This document shows, one piece after another, positions 1 to 28,382 of a stretch of 64,000 bases of DNA. The notes beneath the pieces are model-generated. The model ran no database searches and was not told where the DNA came from. It saw only the letters and a program-made list of their open reading frames with translations. The stretch's first letter is position 1, and each line of letters begins with the position of its first letter. Source of the stretch: the human T2T-CHM13v2.0 reference genome, Homo sapiens. The stretch lies in NCBI RefSeq assembly GCF_009914755.1, contig NC_060938.1, one strand, 5' to 3'. The translations under genes and the position numbers were made by a program.

Positions 1-12712
<12,712 letters not shown>

Positions 12713-12728
<16 letters not shown>

Positions 12729-12773
12729 CAGGTCCCGTCAATGCCAACAGACAGCCGAGGATCACAGCTGCAG
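12713..12773 (-). CDS. AREL1: AREL1 exon 3: 45 nt of 5' UTR plus first 16 coding nt (ATG at 12728)
   Basis: Acceptor ttttcttttaacag|CTG; donor ATTG|gtacgt; in-frame TGA 12 nt upstream of the ATG. Confidence 0.9.
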
Positions 12774-15105
12774 CTGTTAAAAGAAAACTTGTTTAGTTTT
12801 TGTCTCCAACTCTGCCTCATAGCTATCTCAGAGTAAGACAAAGAAGAGTGTATGGCGTGAGCCAAACAACTCTCTCTAGTCCAGAGCCTTACTATTCCTA
12901 TCCTCTTTCTAGCTTGACAGGTGCCGTATAATATATTTCAGAGAAACAAAGAGACTGCATCATTCCCCTTAAAGACTTCCAATCTACTGACCACTCTAGG
13001 AATACCACAAACAGCCACTTGCTTTATTGCTAATTTCAAAATGCAGTAACATGGCTTTCATCTTCTTAGATCCATAGTTCCCAAGACAGTTTCCCTCCCT
13101 CATGCAAAGTGGTGCTAATTAACACATGCAAAGAGGGTAATGGAGTCACTTTCCCCTTATGTTTGCCTTTTGGGAGTAATTCAGCTAAGTAGAAATAGCT
13201 ATATAAAATGTAGATTTTTTTTTTTTAAAGCAAGTATCATTATCATCATGTTGGCATTATGTAATTAAAATGAACTCTGGGTCATCCCAATAATAAGCAG
13301 TGGGTCTGAAAGTGAAGTCATTTATGCTGTTACCAATCAGACAAACTAATGGGCCCTCTGGAAGATGAGCTCAGCAGAAAGACCAAGGAGAGGAACAAAA
13401 GGAGACTGTACTTCTCATCCTCAGTCATGCCTGTCAAGGTAGGAGTCTGAGGGAAGACTTTCACTGTTGTTAAACTTGTTTCCAGAATAAGACTTCAATC
13501 TTAATTACTCATTTGATCATGTGAACCAATAAAAGTACTGCCAAGGAAAAATGCAATGTATGCTAACGTTCATATCTTATCACTGAGTCTGACCTTAGCA
13601 CAGGCTGTATATGCTATTTTACAATGCATGAATGCACTCTTTCTTTTCAAGTCAGCGTACACTAAGGCTGTCAATGTTATCTTGACCCAACACCTTTTAT
13701 CAGCACTAGAATATTACGTAGAGACAAGACAGCTAAAAATTTCTAGGCTCAGATCTGGGAGGGACCAAAACAACTTTTTTTCAGGGTGTGTTTTTACATC
13801 TGATTGTGCTTGCTTAGTTCCTCTGATAACAATATACCCAGTGGAACCCACAGAGAGTAGGTAATTTGAGGAATGACCGTCAAAAGTTTCATACAAATCC
13901 TACTTAGAGTGATTATCTAAAGTCCTACTAGAAAAGAAATCCACACTGGGAACATTAGAATTGTCACGTGGATGAAGGTGCTCCCAAAAGGGTCTATTAC
14001 AGACAATATAAAGAGCCAAAATTTGGGATCACAACTACTGAACCTCCTTCCCAAACAAGTATCTCATCTCTTGGGACCCTATGCTGAATTAGCTGGGGAC
14101 CCAACAGCTATCATCTCAAAAATCTGCTACGATCTCTCAAAAAGCATCTGTCTGCATCTTACAGGATGCACTAGATGACTTGGTGGGACCAAAACTGGCA
14201 GTTTAACTGCCTTAGGTACTTCCTCAGCGGGATGCCATTCGATCTGACCCTAGATGTGAAATTTCTGGTCCTCAGGGAAGTTACAGCACTCAGCAAAGAA
14301 ATGAAGTATATGTGGCTGGTGTTACAGATTTGTGGTCTTCTTAGAGGAATAAAAGCAGTGCCAAATGTATGGCTTGAGTCATGAGGGCTAGAAAAATTCC
14401 CACCTACTATCTCTGACAACTACAACAACCCTTCTGTGAGAGACAGCTGACATGCAGTAATTGAAAAGCCTGGAGAACAATCCCAGGACTGCAAACTGTG
14501 TGACCTATCTAGGCTTCAGAATCTCATTGCTGTAAAAAGAGTTGCAATTTAATAATTTCTATGGTATCATCTCCTTTAGTATGATATGACTTCAATGCAA
14601 CTCCCCATGGCCATCAAAGCTCTAGCCAAACAGCATAACAAATAGCATAAGATAGAGGATAAGGGGGCAGACTCTAGAGTTAGATTACCTGGCTTCAAAT
14701 CCATGCCCCATCATTCATAATGTGACCCTGGACAAGTCATTTAATCTTTGTAAAGGAGTGCCAGTTTCCTTATATGTACCTCACGGGGTGCTGTGAGGAT
14801 TAAATGAGTTAACACATGTAAGCAGCCTACAGTAGTGCCTGGCACACAGTGAGTTCTCAAAGTTTTAATGATTATTACAATTATTATCAATAGTAGCGCC
14901 AGTATCACTACTCCTTTACTTCAAAGCTGATAGGAAACTCCTCTCTACTGGCCCACACTTTCTTCAAAGAGAAATGCATCTGAATTTCAAAAGGCATGGC
15001 TTCTATTACTGTCCCTGAACAGTCTGCATGGGAGTTCTTTATACTATTCTAATTTTATGCCTAAAAAATTTTACAATAAAGGGTTAAAAACTCATCCTAA
15101 AATAA

Positions 15106-15321
<216 letters not shown>

Positions 15322-15830
15322 TAGAGACGAGGTTTCACTGTGTTAGCCAGGATGGTCTCGATCTCATGACCTCGTGATCCACCCGCCTCAGCCTCCCAAA
15401 GTGCTGGGATTACAGGCGTGAGCCACCACGCCCGGCCCTGAGTACTTACTCAATGTGCCAGGTACAGGGAGGACAAATTAGAACATGAGAGCCACAGTCC
15501 AGTTATCATGAAGCTGGCAGTAATGAGCTTTACCTTGTGGAGTCCTCGGCCATTTTTCCCCTGTCACTTATTTCTCAATCAAATCATCACTACTGATTTT
15601 CAAGATCAGCTAAACCTTCTCCAATGAGTCAGTTCTACATTTCTGCCCCACCTCTATTCATCATTTAAAACTCAACAGACCAATTACTACTTTTTCCCCA
15701 AACAACTGTCTTCTTGAAACCTCCTCATGACCAGAGAGTTAGTTCTATCAATTCATCATTCGCTGACATCAACTTTACAAAATGTCCCACTGCTCTACAA
15801 CAGCTCTCAAACCACTCCCCACCCCCATAG

Positions 15831-16318
<488 letters not shown>

Positions 16319-17041
16319 TAAGCATTTTCTGTAAGCATGTTCCGACCCTGTTGGGGGCTCTCTCTGTCCTGTATCTACTGCTACCCCTACCCCACGCTAT
16401 TCTCCTTGGCCCCAGTTGCTATAATACCTTGTTATTCATCCTATGATCTATCCAAATTAGATCCTTTACACTTTTACATACAGCTCTGAAATGTCCCCTC
16501 TCCATTCCTTTTGAAAACTCATCTCCTCTGCCTAGAATATCCTCCTTCCTTTTATTCTCTATGCATGGAAAATCTCCTGATCCTGAGGTCTAGGAAAAAT
16601 CCTATCCACTCTCTCCAAAATCTTCCCTAATATTAAATTTAGAAATTCCTTCCCTCATGTGAATCTCCATAGAACATTGTTTTTATTTATCTTATAGCAC
16701 TTTTTTTTTTTTTTTTTTTTTTTTTTTGGGACGGAGTTTCACTCTTGTTGCCCAGGCTGGAGTGCAATGGCGTGATCTCAGCTCACCGCAACCTCTACCT
16801 CTGGGTTCAAGCGATTCTCCTGCCTCAGCCTCCCGAGTAGCTGGGATTACAGGCATGCACCACCACGCCTGGCTAATTTTGTATTTTTAGTAGAGACGGG
16901 GTTTCTCCATGTTGGTCAGGCTGATCTCAAACTCCCAACCTGAGGTGATCCGCCTGCCTCAGCCTCCCAAAGTGCTGGGATTACAGGTGTGAGCCACCAT
17001 GCCCGGCCTAGCACTTTTATTCTTTTAGTCTCGTTTTTTCA

Positions 17042-17452
<411 letters not shown>

Positions 17453-18265
17453 TCAAATGTCTGTCCTTTTCTTTGTCCAGAATGCCTAAGGATCAGGAAT
17501 TTTCCAGATGGGATCTTCCTTGTAGATAGAGTTTGAAAGGATTTCTCTAACAGTATATTCACTTGAGCCAGGCGTTGTAAGTTCCTCAACCTAAAAGTTG
17601 CCAATTTAATTCAGTTCAACAAGCAGGTATCAAATGCCCACCACTGGGGTTGCAGATTCCCATGCATGGTATTTTTCTACAGCAGTTTCTACAGCATGCT
17701 CTACTTTTTGCTATTCATAATTTTCCTGTATGAAATTATTTTGGAACTTTCCCAAGTCTAATTGCAGTACAAACAAGTATGTGAGGCTCTACTGTACTAT
17801 TTCATCAAATTGTTATGAGTACTTTGTGTGTTTTCAAGTTCATCTCTTTAGTGTCCTTGACCTTTATAAATATGGCATATTGTGATACTTTAAGCTAGAA
17901 GAAAAATATGACAGTAGTAAATTAACAGCTTTCTACCCACTTATTGAGTCACTTATCACAGGCCAAACACTGCCTTCAGTGCTTTACATATGTTAACCTA
18001 AGTAACTGTCACCACGACAACTTGGTAAGATGAATACTATTATTCTCGTTTTATGGATTTTTTTTTTTTAAGCTGGGCTTAAGGTTGCTGAACATCTCAC
18101 ATTGGGGTAAGTGACAGAGTTTAGATTCAAGCCGGGCTGGGAAAGCCTAGCAGGGCATGGCGGCTCATACCTGTAATCCCAGCACTTTGGAAGCCAAGGC
18201 AGGAGGATCACTTGAGCTCAAGAGCTTGGGACCAGCCTGAGCAACATGGCAAAACCCTGTCTCTA

Positions 18266-18463
<198 letters not shown>

Positions 18464-19153
18464 CTACGTCTAACTCCGAAGCTCAATGCTCTTAACCTCT
18501 ACAGTGAATCATGAAAAAGAATAAAGTCATAAGGATAGTGAAGTATTTGGGGAAAAAAAGATTTATGAAAACAGGTAAAACAAAGTATGAGAAAACACTA
18601 TCCAATCTTACTGTGAGGAATCTCATAGCAAGGCTAAAATTAGAAAGATAAACTCTTATGGCTCTTTTTTAATCTTTTGATATATAAATAAAGCATGTCA
18701 AAGAAAAGTGGAATGCAATGCCAATTCTCTAGTGCAGAAATATCACTTGCTTACGAAGGATCCTGGTCTGGTTGCTTAATACTACAGCATTTTGGCTCAC
18801 ATTACCTACCAAAGGGGAAAAATACTTCAAAATATCTGTCTCAAGGGACTGTTAGAAAGTTGATTAACATACATATTCTAAAATCCTCTGCTTTTTCGGA
18901 GTATAAAGATTTTTAATTACAGTAGCAACTAAATTTTAGCCCCAACATTGAAAACCAGTTGTGAAAAAGTCATTTCCCAAAAATGGAGAACTGGTTTCTT
19001 CATATTTAAAATTGCTCTGCTGGGGACAAAGTCAATTCTCACTGCAACTGTATACTTTAACAGCTATCCCTTGCTGAAAAGGCTTAGGAATTGGTCACTG
19101 GATCCATGTTGTACATCCCAATAACTAAAGCTTAACTCAGTCTGTTACCTTAC

Positions 19154-19441
19154 CTTTAAACGAGGGCCCATGTTCTGAGAACCAAGTAGAGCACTCCTAT
19201 TCACCAAAGCAGGTAACTTTTGGCCCCTTTCACCTTGTCTTCCAACTTCCACATGAAAGAAAAACGCCACAAGGTCAACAGAAAGGGTCTATCCATCAGA
19301 CTTTGTCACAGTAATCAGGTCAGTGTTTCTGGGATGAACTGGATGAACTCCAGGGTAGAGAAATACAGCCCAAGAATATATCATTCCTGGACTTCTCTCT
19401 AGTGCAGGGTGCAATCGACTGCCAAAGGACGCCCCAGGATC
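19154..19441 (-). other. AREL1: AREL1 non-coding exon 2 (288 nt, 5' UTR, contains uORFs)
   Basis: Strong branch point, pyrimidine tract and acceptor (actaaccctgttttcttttttggacag|G); consensus donor AAAG|gtaagg; unique sequence. Confidence 0.8.
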
Positions 19442-19790
19442 CTGTCCAAAAAAGAAAACAGGGTTAGTTGGAATAGGTTTTTATTTCTGAAAAGGATTCC
19501 CCAGAAAAAAATCAAAGAGAAGGTAGAACAGGCAGTGGAAACCCTGGGACACTAAAAATAACCAAAAATTGGTAAACTCTGACCAAGCATTCTCAATTAA
19601 AACTCCACACAGTTTCCTTGAGGCCTCTCTCCAACTCCATAAGAAAAGTCAACTGGCAGCCTCACTGTCTATAACTATGTCTCCGGCTGAGAAGTGCCAG
19701 AGCTTCCTTCAGTTCACTGTCCCCAAATACTTCCCTATCCTTATGACATTATTCTTTTTCATGATTCAGCATAGAGGTTAAGAGCATTGA

Positions 19791-20003
<213 letters not shown>

Positions 20004-21288
20004 TAGAGACGGGGTTTTGCCATGTTGCTCAGGCTAGTCTTGAACTCCTAAGCTCAAGAAATCCTCCTGCCTTGGCCTCCCAAAGTGCTGGGATTACAGG
20101 TGTGAGTCCATTCTTCAGTAGAAGCAAACTAGGCCACAGACTTAAAGAGTAACCTTCAGCACAACCACATACCCAGTTTGAATATAATGGGGTTGCAGCA
20201 CAGGGTCTGGAGCAACCACAAAGACAAGTGAGATGAACGCACAGCCAGAACCAGGTTACGGACAGCCTTATATGCCATGGTAAGGAATTGAGACAATATT
20301 CAGCTGGAAAGGAGAAACTTCCAAAGAGCTTTAAAGCCCAATCTATCAGCCTATGCAGTCTGCTCCCTTCGTGCCCACATATGCATTTCCAAGACATGCT
20401 TAAATAAAGTTGATTTTATATTTAAAACAGTAAAATCTGCTACTACGAGTCAGGGGAAAATCTGTGAACTTTCAAAATAAAGTCACTAAATAAAGTCCAG
20501 TAAAGTCAGTTTATAACTCTCGAAGATATTCATGAACCAAAAATGTAGCAGAAAGGGGGTTTATGGCAATGCATACACAAACAGCCACCATAAGACAAAT
20601 GAGAAGAGACTACTAATTAGTAAATGAAGAGACAGTCTTACCATATGGCAGGAACTGTTCTCAGTGCTTCATACACATAAACTCACAGATACAATTATCC
20701 CTATTTTAACACAGATACAATTATCCCTATTTTACAGATGAGGAAACTGGGACACAGAAAGGTTAAAGTACTTTTCCAAGAAAACACACAGTGAGTAATA
20801 GAGCTGAGTCAAACTCAGACAACCTGGACCCAGAATCCCTGCTTTTAATGACTACTCTACTGCCTCTCCACTATGGGAAACCAAGGAAGAAAGCACAAAA
20901 TGCTAAAAGAACAGAATGAGTGAAGACCAGTAAATGAAATTAAGTTGGCAAACTTTTATCATTAAAAATAAATAAGTATATGTATTTAGTTTAAAATACA
21001 GCAACATGACCGGGCACAGTAGTTCACGCCTGTAATCCCAGCACTTTGGGAGGCCAAGGCAGGCGGATCACTTGAGCCCAGGAGTTCAAGACCAGCCTGG
21101 GCGACATAACAAAACCCCGTCTCTACAAAAAATACAAAAATTACCCAGACATGGCGGCAGGCGCCTGTGGTCCCAGTTACTTGGAGGCTGAGGTGGGGGT
21201 TGGCTTGAGCCCAGGAGGCAGACGTTGACGTGAGCCGAGATCATGCCACTGCACTCCACCCTGGGCAACAGAGCCAGACCCAGTCTCA

Positions 21289-21319
<31 letters not shown>

Positions 21320-21914
21320 GCCAACAGACTTGCCAAGTACAAGAGCCAAAACCTGGGTCAACTGGCTACTGGAACCAGCTTAAAGGATCCACAAACAACA
21401 GACTATATACGTAAGCTATAAGAGAGCACTATGTAGAATACTATATAAGGAATTTTTAAATGACACTTTTAAGGAATAAACAACATAGGGAAATGCTTAC
21501 AAATAAAATGTTAAATAAAAAAGTAGGAACAAAACTGTTTATGTAGCACAAGTCCAAATTTAGAAACATAACATTACATAAAGAAGACTGAAAGGAAAAT
21601 ATAAAAATATTAATAGTGATCATCTCTTGGTATACGGAATTATAAATAATTTTTATTTTCTACCTGTACCTTTTAGTGTTTTTCAAATTCTTAATGTTGC
21701 AAGGACATGTAAAAAGTTTCTATTTCTGGAGAACACATTTTTGGTGGGGACTGATTTTCCTTAAATAAGGGAGAGAATGGGCAAGTTATCCTTTTTTCAA
21801 ATAAGAAAATGGTATAAAGAGGCTGGGCACGGTGGCTCACGCCTGTAATCCCAGCACTTTGGGAGGCTGAAGCGGGCGGATCATGAGGTCAGGAGATCAA
21901 GACCATCCTGGCTA

Positions 21915-22148
<234 letters not shown>

Positions 22149-24261
22149 TTAAGATAACAGATTATACTGAACTTTTCTTTCCTTCTTTTTTTTTTTTTTT
22201 TTGAGATAGAGTCTTGTTCTGTTGCCCAGGCTGGAGTGCACTGGCATGATCTTGGCTCACTGCCTCACTACAACCTCCACCTCCTGGGTTCAAGCGATTC
22301 TCTTGCCTCAGCCTCCCTAGTGGCTGGGACTACAGGTGCGTACTACTATGCCCAGCTAGTTTTTGTATTTTTGGTAGAGGCAGGGTTTCACCACGTTGGC
22401 CAGGCTGGTCTTGAACTCCTGACCACAGGTAATTCGCCCGCCTCAGCTTCCCAAAGTGCCAGGATTACAGGAATGAGCCACCACACCCAGCCTGAACTTT
22501 TATTTCTATTCACTATGATGTTAGCAGGTTTCCAACCCTGTGATCAGCTATTTGATTATTAAATCAAATAACTCCTAGTTGTAATATAAGCTTTACTATC
22601 CCTACCGTGAGCTACCATGCTCACCGCAATGCTTCAGTACCTCTACTGAGCTTCAAAACTCAACTCAAGCACTCCCCCTTCTCTGGTCCTGCTCCAAGGC
22701 CTCTCTGAGGACTCTTCCCACACCAGATAGAATCAGCCACTTCCTCCTTTGTGGTGCTCCTCTGCTGAAGATACCTCCGTTATAGCATTTACTAGTCTGT
22801 ATTGAAATTATTTGTTTATATAGCAGTCTCTCCTAATAGATTGCGGACTCCCCAAGGAACACTGACCAGGTCATAACATTGCCTCCCCAAGGCTAGTATG
22901 GTGTTCAGCCCTGCTATCTCAGAGTCTGTACTTTCACAAGATCCCCAGGTGAGTCCTATGTATGCTGAAGTTTGAGAAACATGGTTTAGACTCTAGAGCA
23001 ATCAGTATGAGAAGGGGCTCAACATTCTGTATCTCTAACAGGTTCACAGGTAATGCTGATGCTGCTGGTCTCCTAGACCATGCTTTCAGAAGTGAGAATC
23101 CAAGTTAAGAGTCAGCAAGCCAAATCCTAACAGCCGCCTGTTTTTGTGAAAACAGCCAAGTTCATTCATTTACATATTATCTGTGGCTGCTTTTGCACAA
23201 TGGCAGAGCTGAGTAGTTGCAGCAGAGACATATGGCCCACAAAACTTTACTATCTGATGCTTTATTGAAAAAGTATACCAATTCCAGGTGTAGAGGTCTT
23301 AGTCTTAAAGCTACACAACTACCTTATATAAACAAATACATTTTTCTAAATCAAAGAAAGCATACAAATCATTTTCTTCCAGTTCTACCATCTCTTCTTA
23401 GGAAAAGAATTACAAAACTTGCAATGTTATGCAAACACATCTAGTTTCAACTATGACTTGATGGCTTTATTCTTCCCATACCCCAATTAGGAATTTTACA
23501 GTCATTTTCCAAAGTATGTATTTCATACAATCATGCTTGCATTTGATCAAGGCTAATATTTCCTAAAACTAGTATCTCGGGGACCAAATACTGTATCCGG
23601 GTTGCTAAAATTACTATAACACATACTACTAACTCAGTCTCTACTTCTAAAGTGCTATTCTAAAAAGCTGTGAAAGGCCAGGTGCAGTAGTGCACACCTG
23701 TATTCCCAACACTTTAGGAGGCTGAACTGGGAAGATCACTTGAGCCTAGGAGTTGAAACCAGACTGGGCCCTCTCTAAAAAAATAAAAATAAATTGGTCA
23801 GGTATGGTGGCTCACGCCTGTAATCCCAGCACTTTGGGAGGCCAAAGTGGGCAGATCACCTGAGGTCAGGGGTTTGAGAAAAGCCTGGCCAACATGGCAA
23901 AACCCCATCACTACTAAAATACGAAAATTAGCCACGCATGGTGGCACACACCTGTAATCCCAGCTACTCAGGAGACTGAGGCAGGAGAATCACTTGAACT
24001 TGGGAGGCTTAAGTTGTAGTGAGCCAAGATTGCGCCACTGCACTCCATCCTGGGTGACAAAGCAAGACTTCGTCTCAAAAAATAAAATAAAATAATAAAA
24101 TAAAATAAATTAGCTGGGCGTGGTAGCATGCCCCTGTTGTCCTAGCTACTCAGAAGCTAAGGCAGGAGGATCTCCTAAGCCCAGAAGTTTGAGGCTACAG
24201 TGAGCTGTGATCACACCACACCACTGTACTCTAGCCTGGGTAACAGAGAGAGAGATCCTGT

Positions 24262-24289
24262 CACACATACACACACACACACACACACA
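24262..24289. repeat. (CA)n microsatellite replacing an Alu tail
   Basis: Read directly from sequence. Confidence 0.9.
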
Positions 24290-24619
24290 GCCATGAAAAA
24301 CATGATGTAAAAGTCCATTTCAAAATTTTGGTGCATACAGAGCTAGTGGCAGCAAACAGAAGTTCTGATATCACCTACTGATGTCCACCAAATGACAAGA
24401 CAAAAGAAAGACGTTTGTTTTGTAAGATGCAATCTCCAGCATTCTCCACAGAGAAGCACCAGCCATGAGTCCAGGGACATGAACTTAAAAAAACAAACTA
24501 TTCAATTTTCAAAAAGTGCACAGGTTAGGGTGGTCTAACTAAGGAGGTTCTAAGAATATATCAGACACTTTGGATTATCAGTTTACATTTACTATGGCTT
24601 AATTCCACTCTTAGTTTAT

Positions 24620-24930
24620 ACTCCCCAACCCAAAATCCCACCATAAAAGATTGCCCTCCTCCATCAAGTTTATACTCTTGAGATATTTATACAGTTGTCT
24701 ATTTCTGCTATTGTGGTTTAGCCAAGTTACATGGTTTTCATTTATACTTTCTTCATCAGTCAGCCTCTCCAGTCTCTTAATCATTCCTGTGGGTCTTCTG
24801 TGAACTCTCTCCAGCTGATCCCCAACGATCTGGTAATGAGGTGCCTCCAAATGACTGCAGCCTTCCAGGGACAGCCTCATTAGTCAGCAGGATGAACTCA
24901 CTCTCCTCAGTTCCATGACATACTACTCTT
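24620..24930 (-). mobile_element. Ancient CR1/L3 LINE fragment
   Basis: Translation DQLERVHRRPTGMIKRLERLTDEE resembles the CR1 ORF2 C-terminal motif LERVQRRATKMIKGLE. Confidence 0.75.
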
Positions 24931-25697
24931 GAGCAGGCAATCCCCCAAATCACAGAAATCTACTGTGCTGCCGTATTAGACTGTACCTCATTCTATAACT
25001 CCCAGATTTGGACACTGGGGCATGCTAGAATGTGCTAGAAGCCAGAGGATAAATGACCCATGTTCCTACAGCATCTGTTTCACTAGAGGATGAGTGACTG
25101 GGGAGAAAAAAAAATTTCATGTTAAATCAAACTCATAGATAATAAAACAGAATGTAATATTTGCATGAATTTCTAAAGATAAAACATGGATATGTTGAAT
25201 ATATTCATAGATATTCTGAACTTGAAGCAGAAAGGCTGCTTGGGCCTCTGCTCCCGGCACCAAGGAGTTAACATATCCTTTACCACTAGAGGTACTTGAG
25301 CCAAAACCCTCACTCAACTTCTGATCTACTGTGCATTACCTTACTCATACCATATACTCACATTTTAAATGATATTATTTTTCTGCTATGTTTCCCCATC
25401 CTAGATATCTATATTTATTTTCTCTTTGCCTAAAATCTTTTGCTGCAGGAACACGTGTCATTTATCTTCTGGCTTCTAGAACATTCTTGCCTGCCCTGAT
25501 GCCCAAATCTGGGAGGCATGAAATGGGGTTACAGTCTAATTCACTCGATAATTCACAGACTACCAACATCTATAGGTTCCTCTTCATCGTTCATTCTTCA
25601 TTCATTTCACATTTCTTGAGCATTTGCTATATACTGGGCTACGTGATAAAAGCTAAAGTCACAAGGATAAATAAGACAGGGTGCTTTCTTAACCTCA

Positions 25698-26027
<330 letters not shown>

Positions 26028-26243
26028 TCAGGAGGCTGAGGTGGGAGGATCATTTGAGCCCAGGAGGGTGAGGCTGCAGGGAGCCCTGACTGCTCCACTA
26101 CACTTCAGACCGTGTGAAGAGCAAGACTCTGTCTCCAAAAAAAACCAAGGTGTTTAGAAAGACCACCTGGGGCTAAACTAGGATGACTACCATGTAGTGG
26201 TTAAGAGCATGAATCTTACTACTGAATGATCTTAAACAAGTTA

Positions 26244-26459
26244 CAGCAGGTCCTCAAACGACATCAGTTTCATTCAACACTGTTTTCTTATGATTTTGAG
26301 GAGTAAAAAAATGGACTCCTGGCAGGCACCAATGTGTGGAGTTCACACATTCTCTGTGTGGGTTTTCTCTGGATACTTGGATTTCCTCCCACATCCCAAA
26401 GATGTGCACTTCAAAGTTAACTGGCATGTCTAAAGTGTCCCAGTCTAAGTGACAGTGAG

Positions 26460-26494
<35 letters not shown>

Positions 26495-26898
26495 AGACAG
26501 AGAGAGAGCAAGAGCAAGAGAGAGAGAGAGAGACAGCACACAAGCGAGAGAGCCCTGCAATAGAATGGCGTCCCATCCAGCGCTGGTTCCCAACTTGCAC
26601 CCTAAGCCCTGGCCACCCTCAACCGTGGACTGGAATAATTGGGTAAATGTTATAATTATCTAACTTGTTTTTATCAATCTTTCTTATACATACTGCTCTC
26701 ATTTATTTTAATATGTATATTATGTTCTGGTCTTTATTTAAAATAGTTTGGTGATATTTTTGTGACCAGAAATATGCCATAGGAACTTAATTCTTGTTTA
26801 TATCAATTAGCCTATGGTAAAACTGGTTATCAATATACATCATTTTGTTTGAAGGAGAAGTTTCCAAGAACCTATCAACATCAAGTGAGGACTTGCTG
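26244..26898. mobile_element. MER6/MER6A Tc1-mariner (Tigger-family) non-autonomous DNA transposon inserted in a MIR
   Basis: Terminal inverted repeats cagcaggtcctca / tgaggacttgctg; TA target duplication; MIR core continues on both sides. Confidence 0.85.
26462..26533. repeat. Compound (TG)n/(GA)n microsatellite
   Basis: Read directly from sequence. Confidence 0.95.
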
Positions 26899-27672
26899 TA
26901 AATTTCTCTTCAGTTGCCTCATATGTAAAATGGAGATGCACTGAGAAAAGAAACGAATCCGCTGCTCTTGGGGAGCAAGACTTGGAGAATAAGGACAAGG
27001 AGAATTGCTTGAGACTGAAACTTTACACCCAGGTGATATGGAGTGCCTTGGGGGACAAGGCTGTATGCACAGACCAGGCTGCTGGGTTGCCAGGTTATGA
27101 GGGTGGTTTGTGCCAGGCCACAATAGCCCAACCCACAGCAAGTGAGGAAGATGGCTTCAATCTACCTGAAGGACTCACTGGTTTTCCAGAGAGATTCCAT
27201 GTGGAAAAAACTACAGCAACAATCCAAAATAATGGATTTTCCAGTGTTCTCTGAAGGATGATGATAACAAGAATCAACCTTTATTGAGAACTTACTATGT
27301 GCCAGGCATTGTATAAAGTGCTACATCTATATTATCTCATTTAACTCTCACATCAACCATATGAGGAAAGCATACTTTATCCATATTTTATAGATTAGGA
27401 AACAGAAGCACAGAAAGCTAAAATAACTTGCCTATAGCCATCTAGTTTATAAGTGAAGGAGTCAAGCAATGTGATTCCAGAGTTTATATTCTTTCTCTAC
27501 TCTTAACTGGCAATACTGATGTATCAAAAAGAACTTCCAGAAGGGGGGAAAAAGATATTATTCTTGGGATAGGAAGAATTAAGCTCAGAAATATTTAATT
27601 TGAAATTTTAGCCGGGCGCAGTGGCTCACACCTGTAATTCCAGCATTTTGGGAGGCCAAGGCAGGTGGATCA

Positions 27673-27939
<267 letters not shown>

Positions 27940-28382
27940 TCATTTTAGACTTTAAGCAACAACAACAACAAAAAGATGTTTTTTAACCGAGAGAGAAAAA
28001 GGATCACACATTTTAAATGAAGTAACTCTGGGGACAATGTGAAAGACTCTGAAGGGGGACAGACCCATTAATGAGCACAAGATAAGGGGCTACTGGTCCA
28101 ATGGAGTAGCTATACGCTGGCCACAATATAGACAGGGTCCAACATAGACCCTCATTAGTCACATTGGTTGAGGGTGGCCAGGGCTTAGGGTGCAAGTTGG
28201 GAGCCAACCCTGGATGGGTTGCTCTCCTGCTTTATGCTCTCAGAAGCAACAGGATCAATGATCTGTGAGGTCAAATGAATAAACAAGAGGAAGAAGCCAA
28301 GGAAAAAGGCAAATTTTCTATGGTTGGGAGCCTGGATAAATGAAGGAGAATTAAGGAGGCAAAGCAAACATGAAAAAAAAGA

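Noticed and set aside
26946-27254. Possible processed-pseudogene fragment (90-aa ORF)
   Set aside because: No recognisable parent, poly(A) tail or TSD
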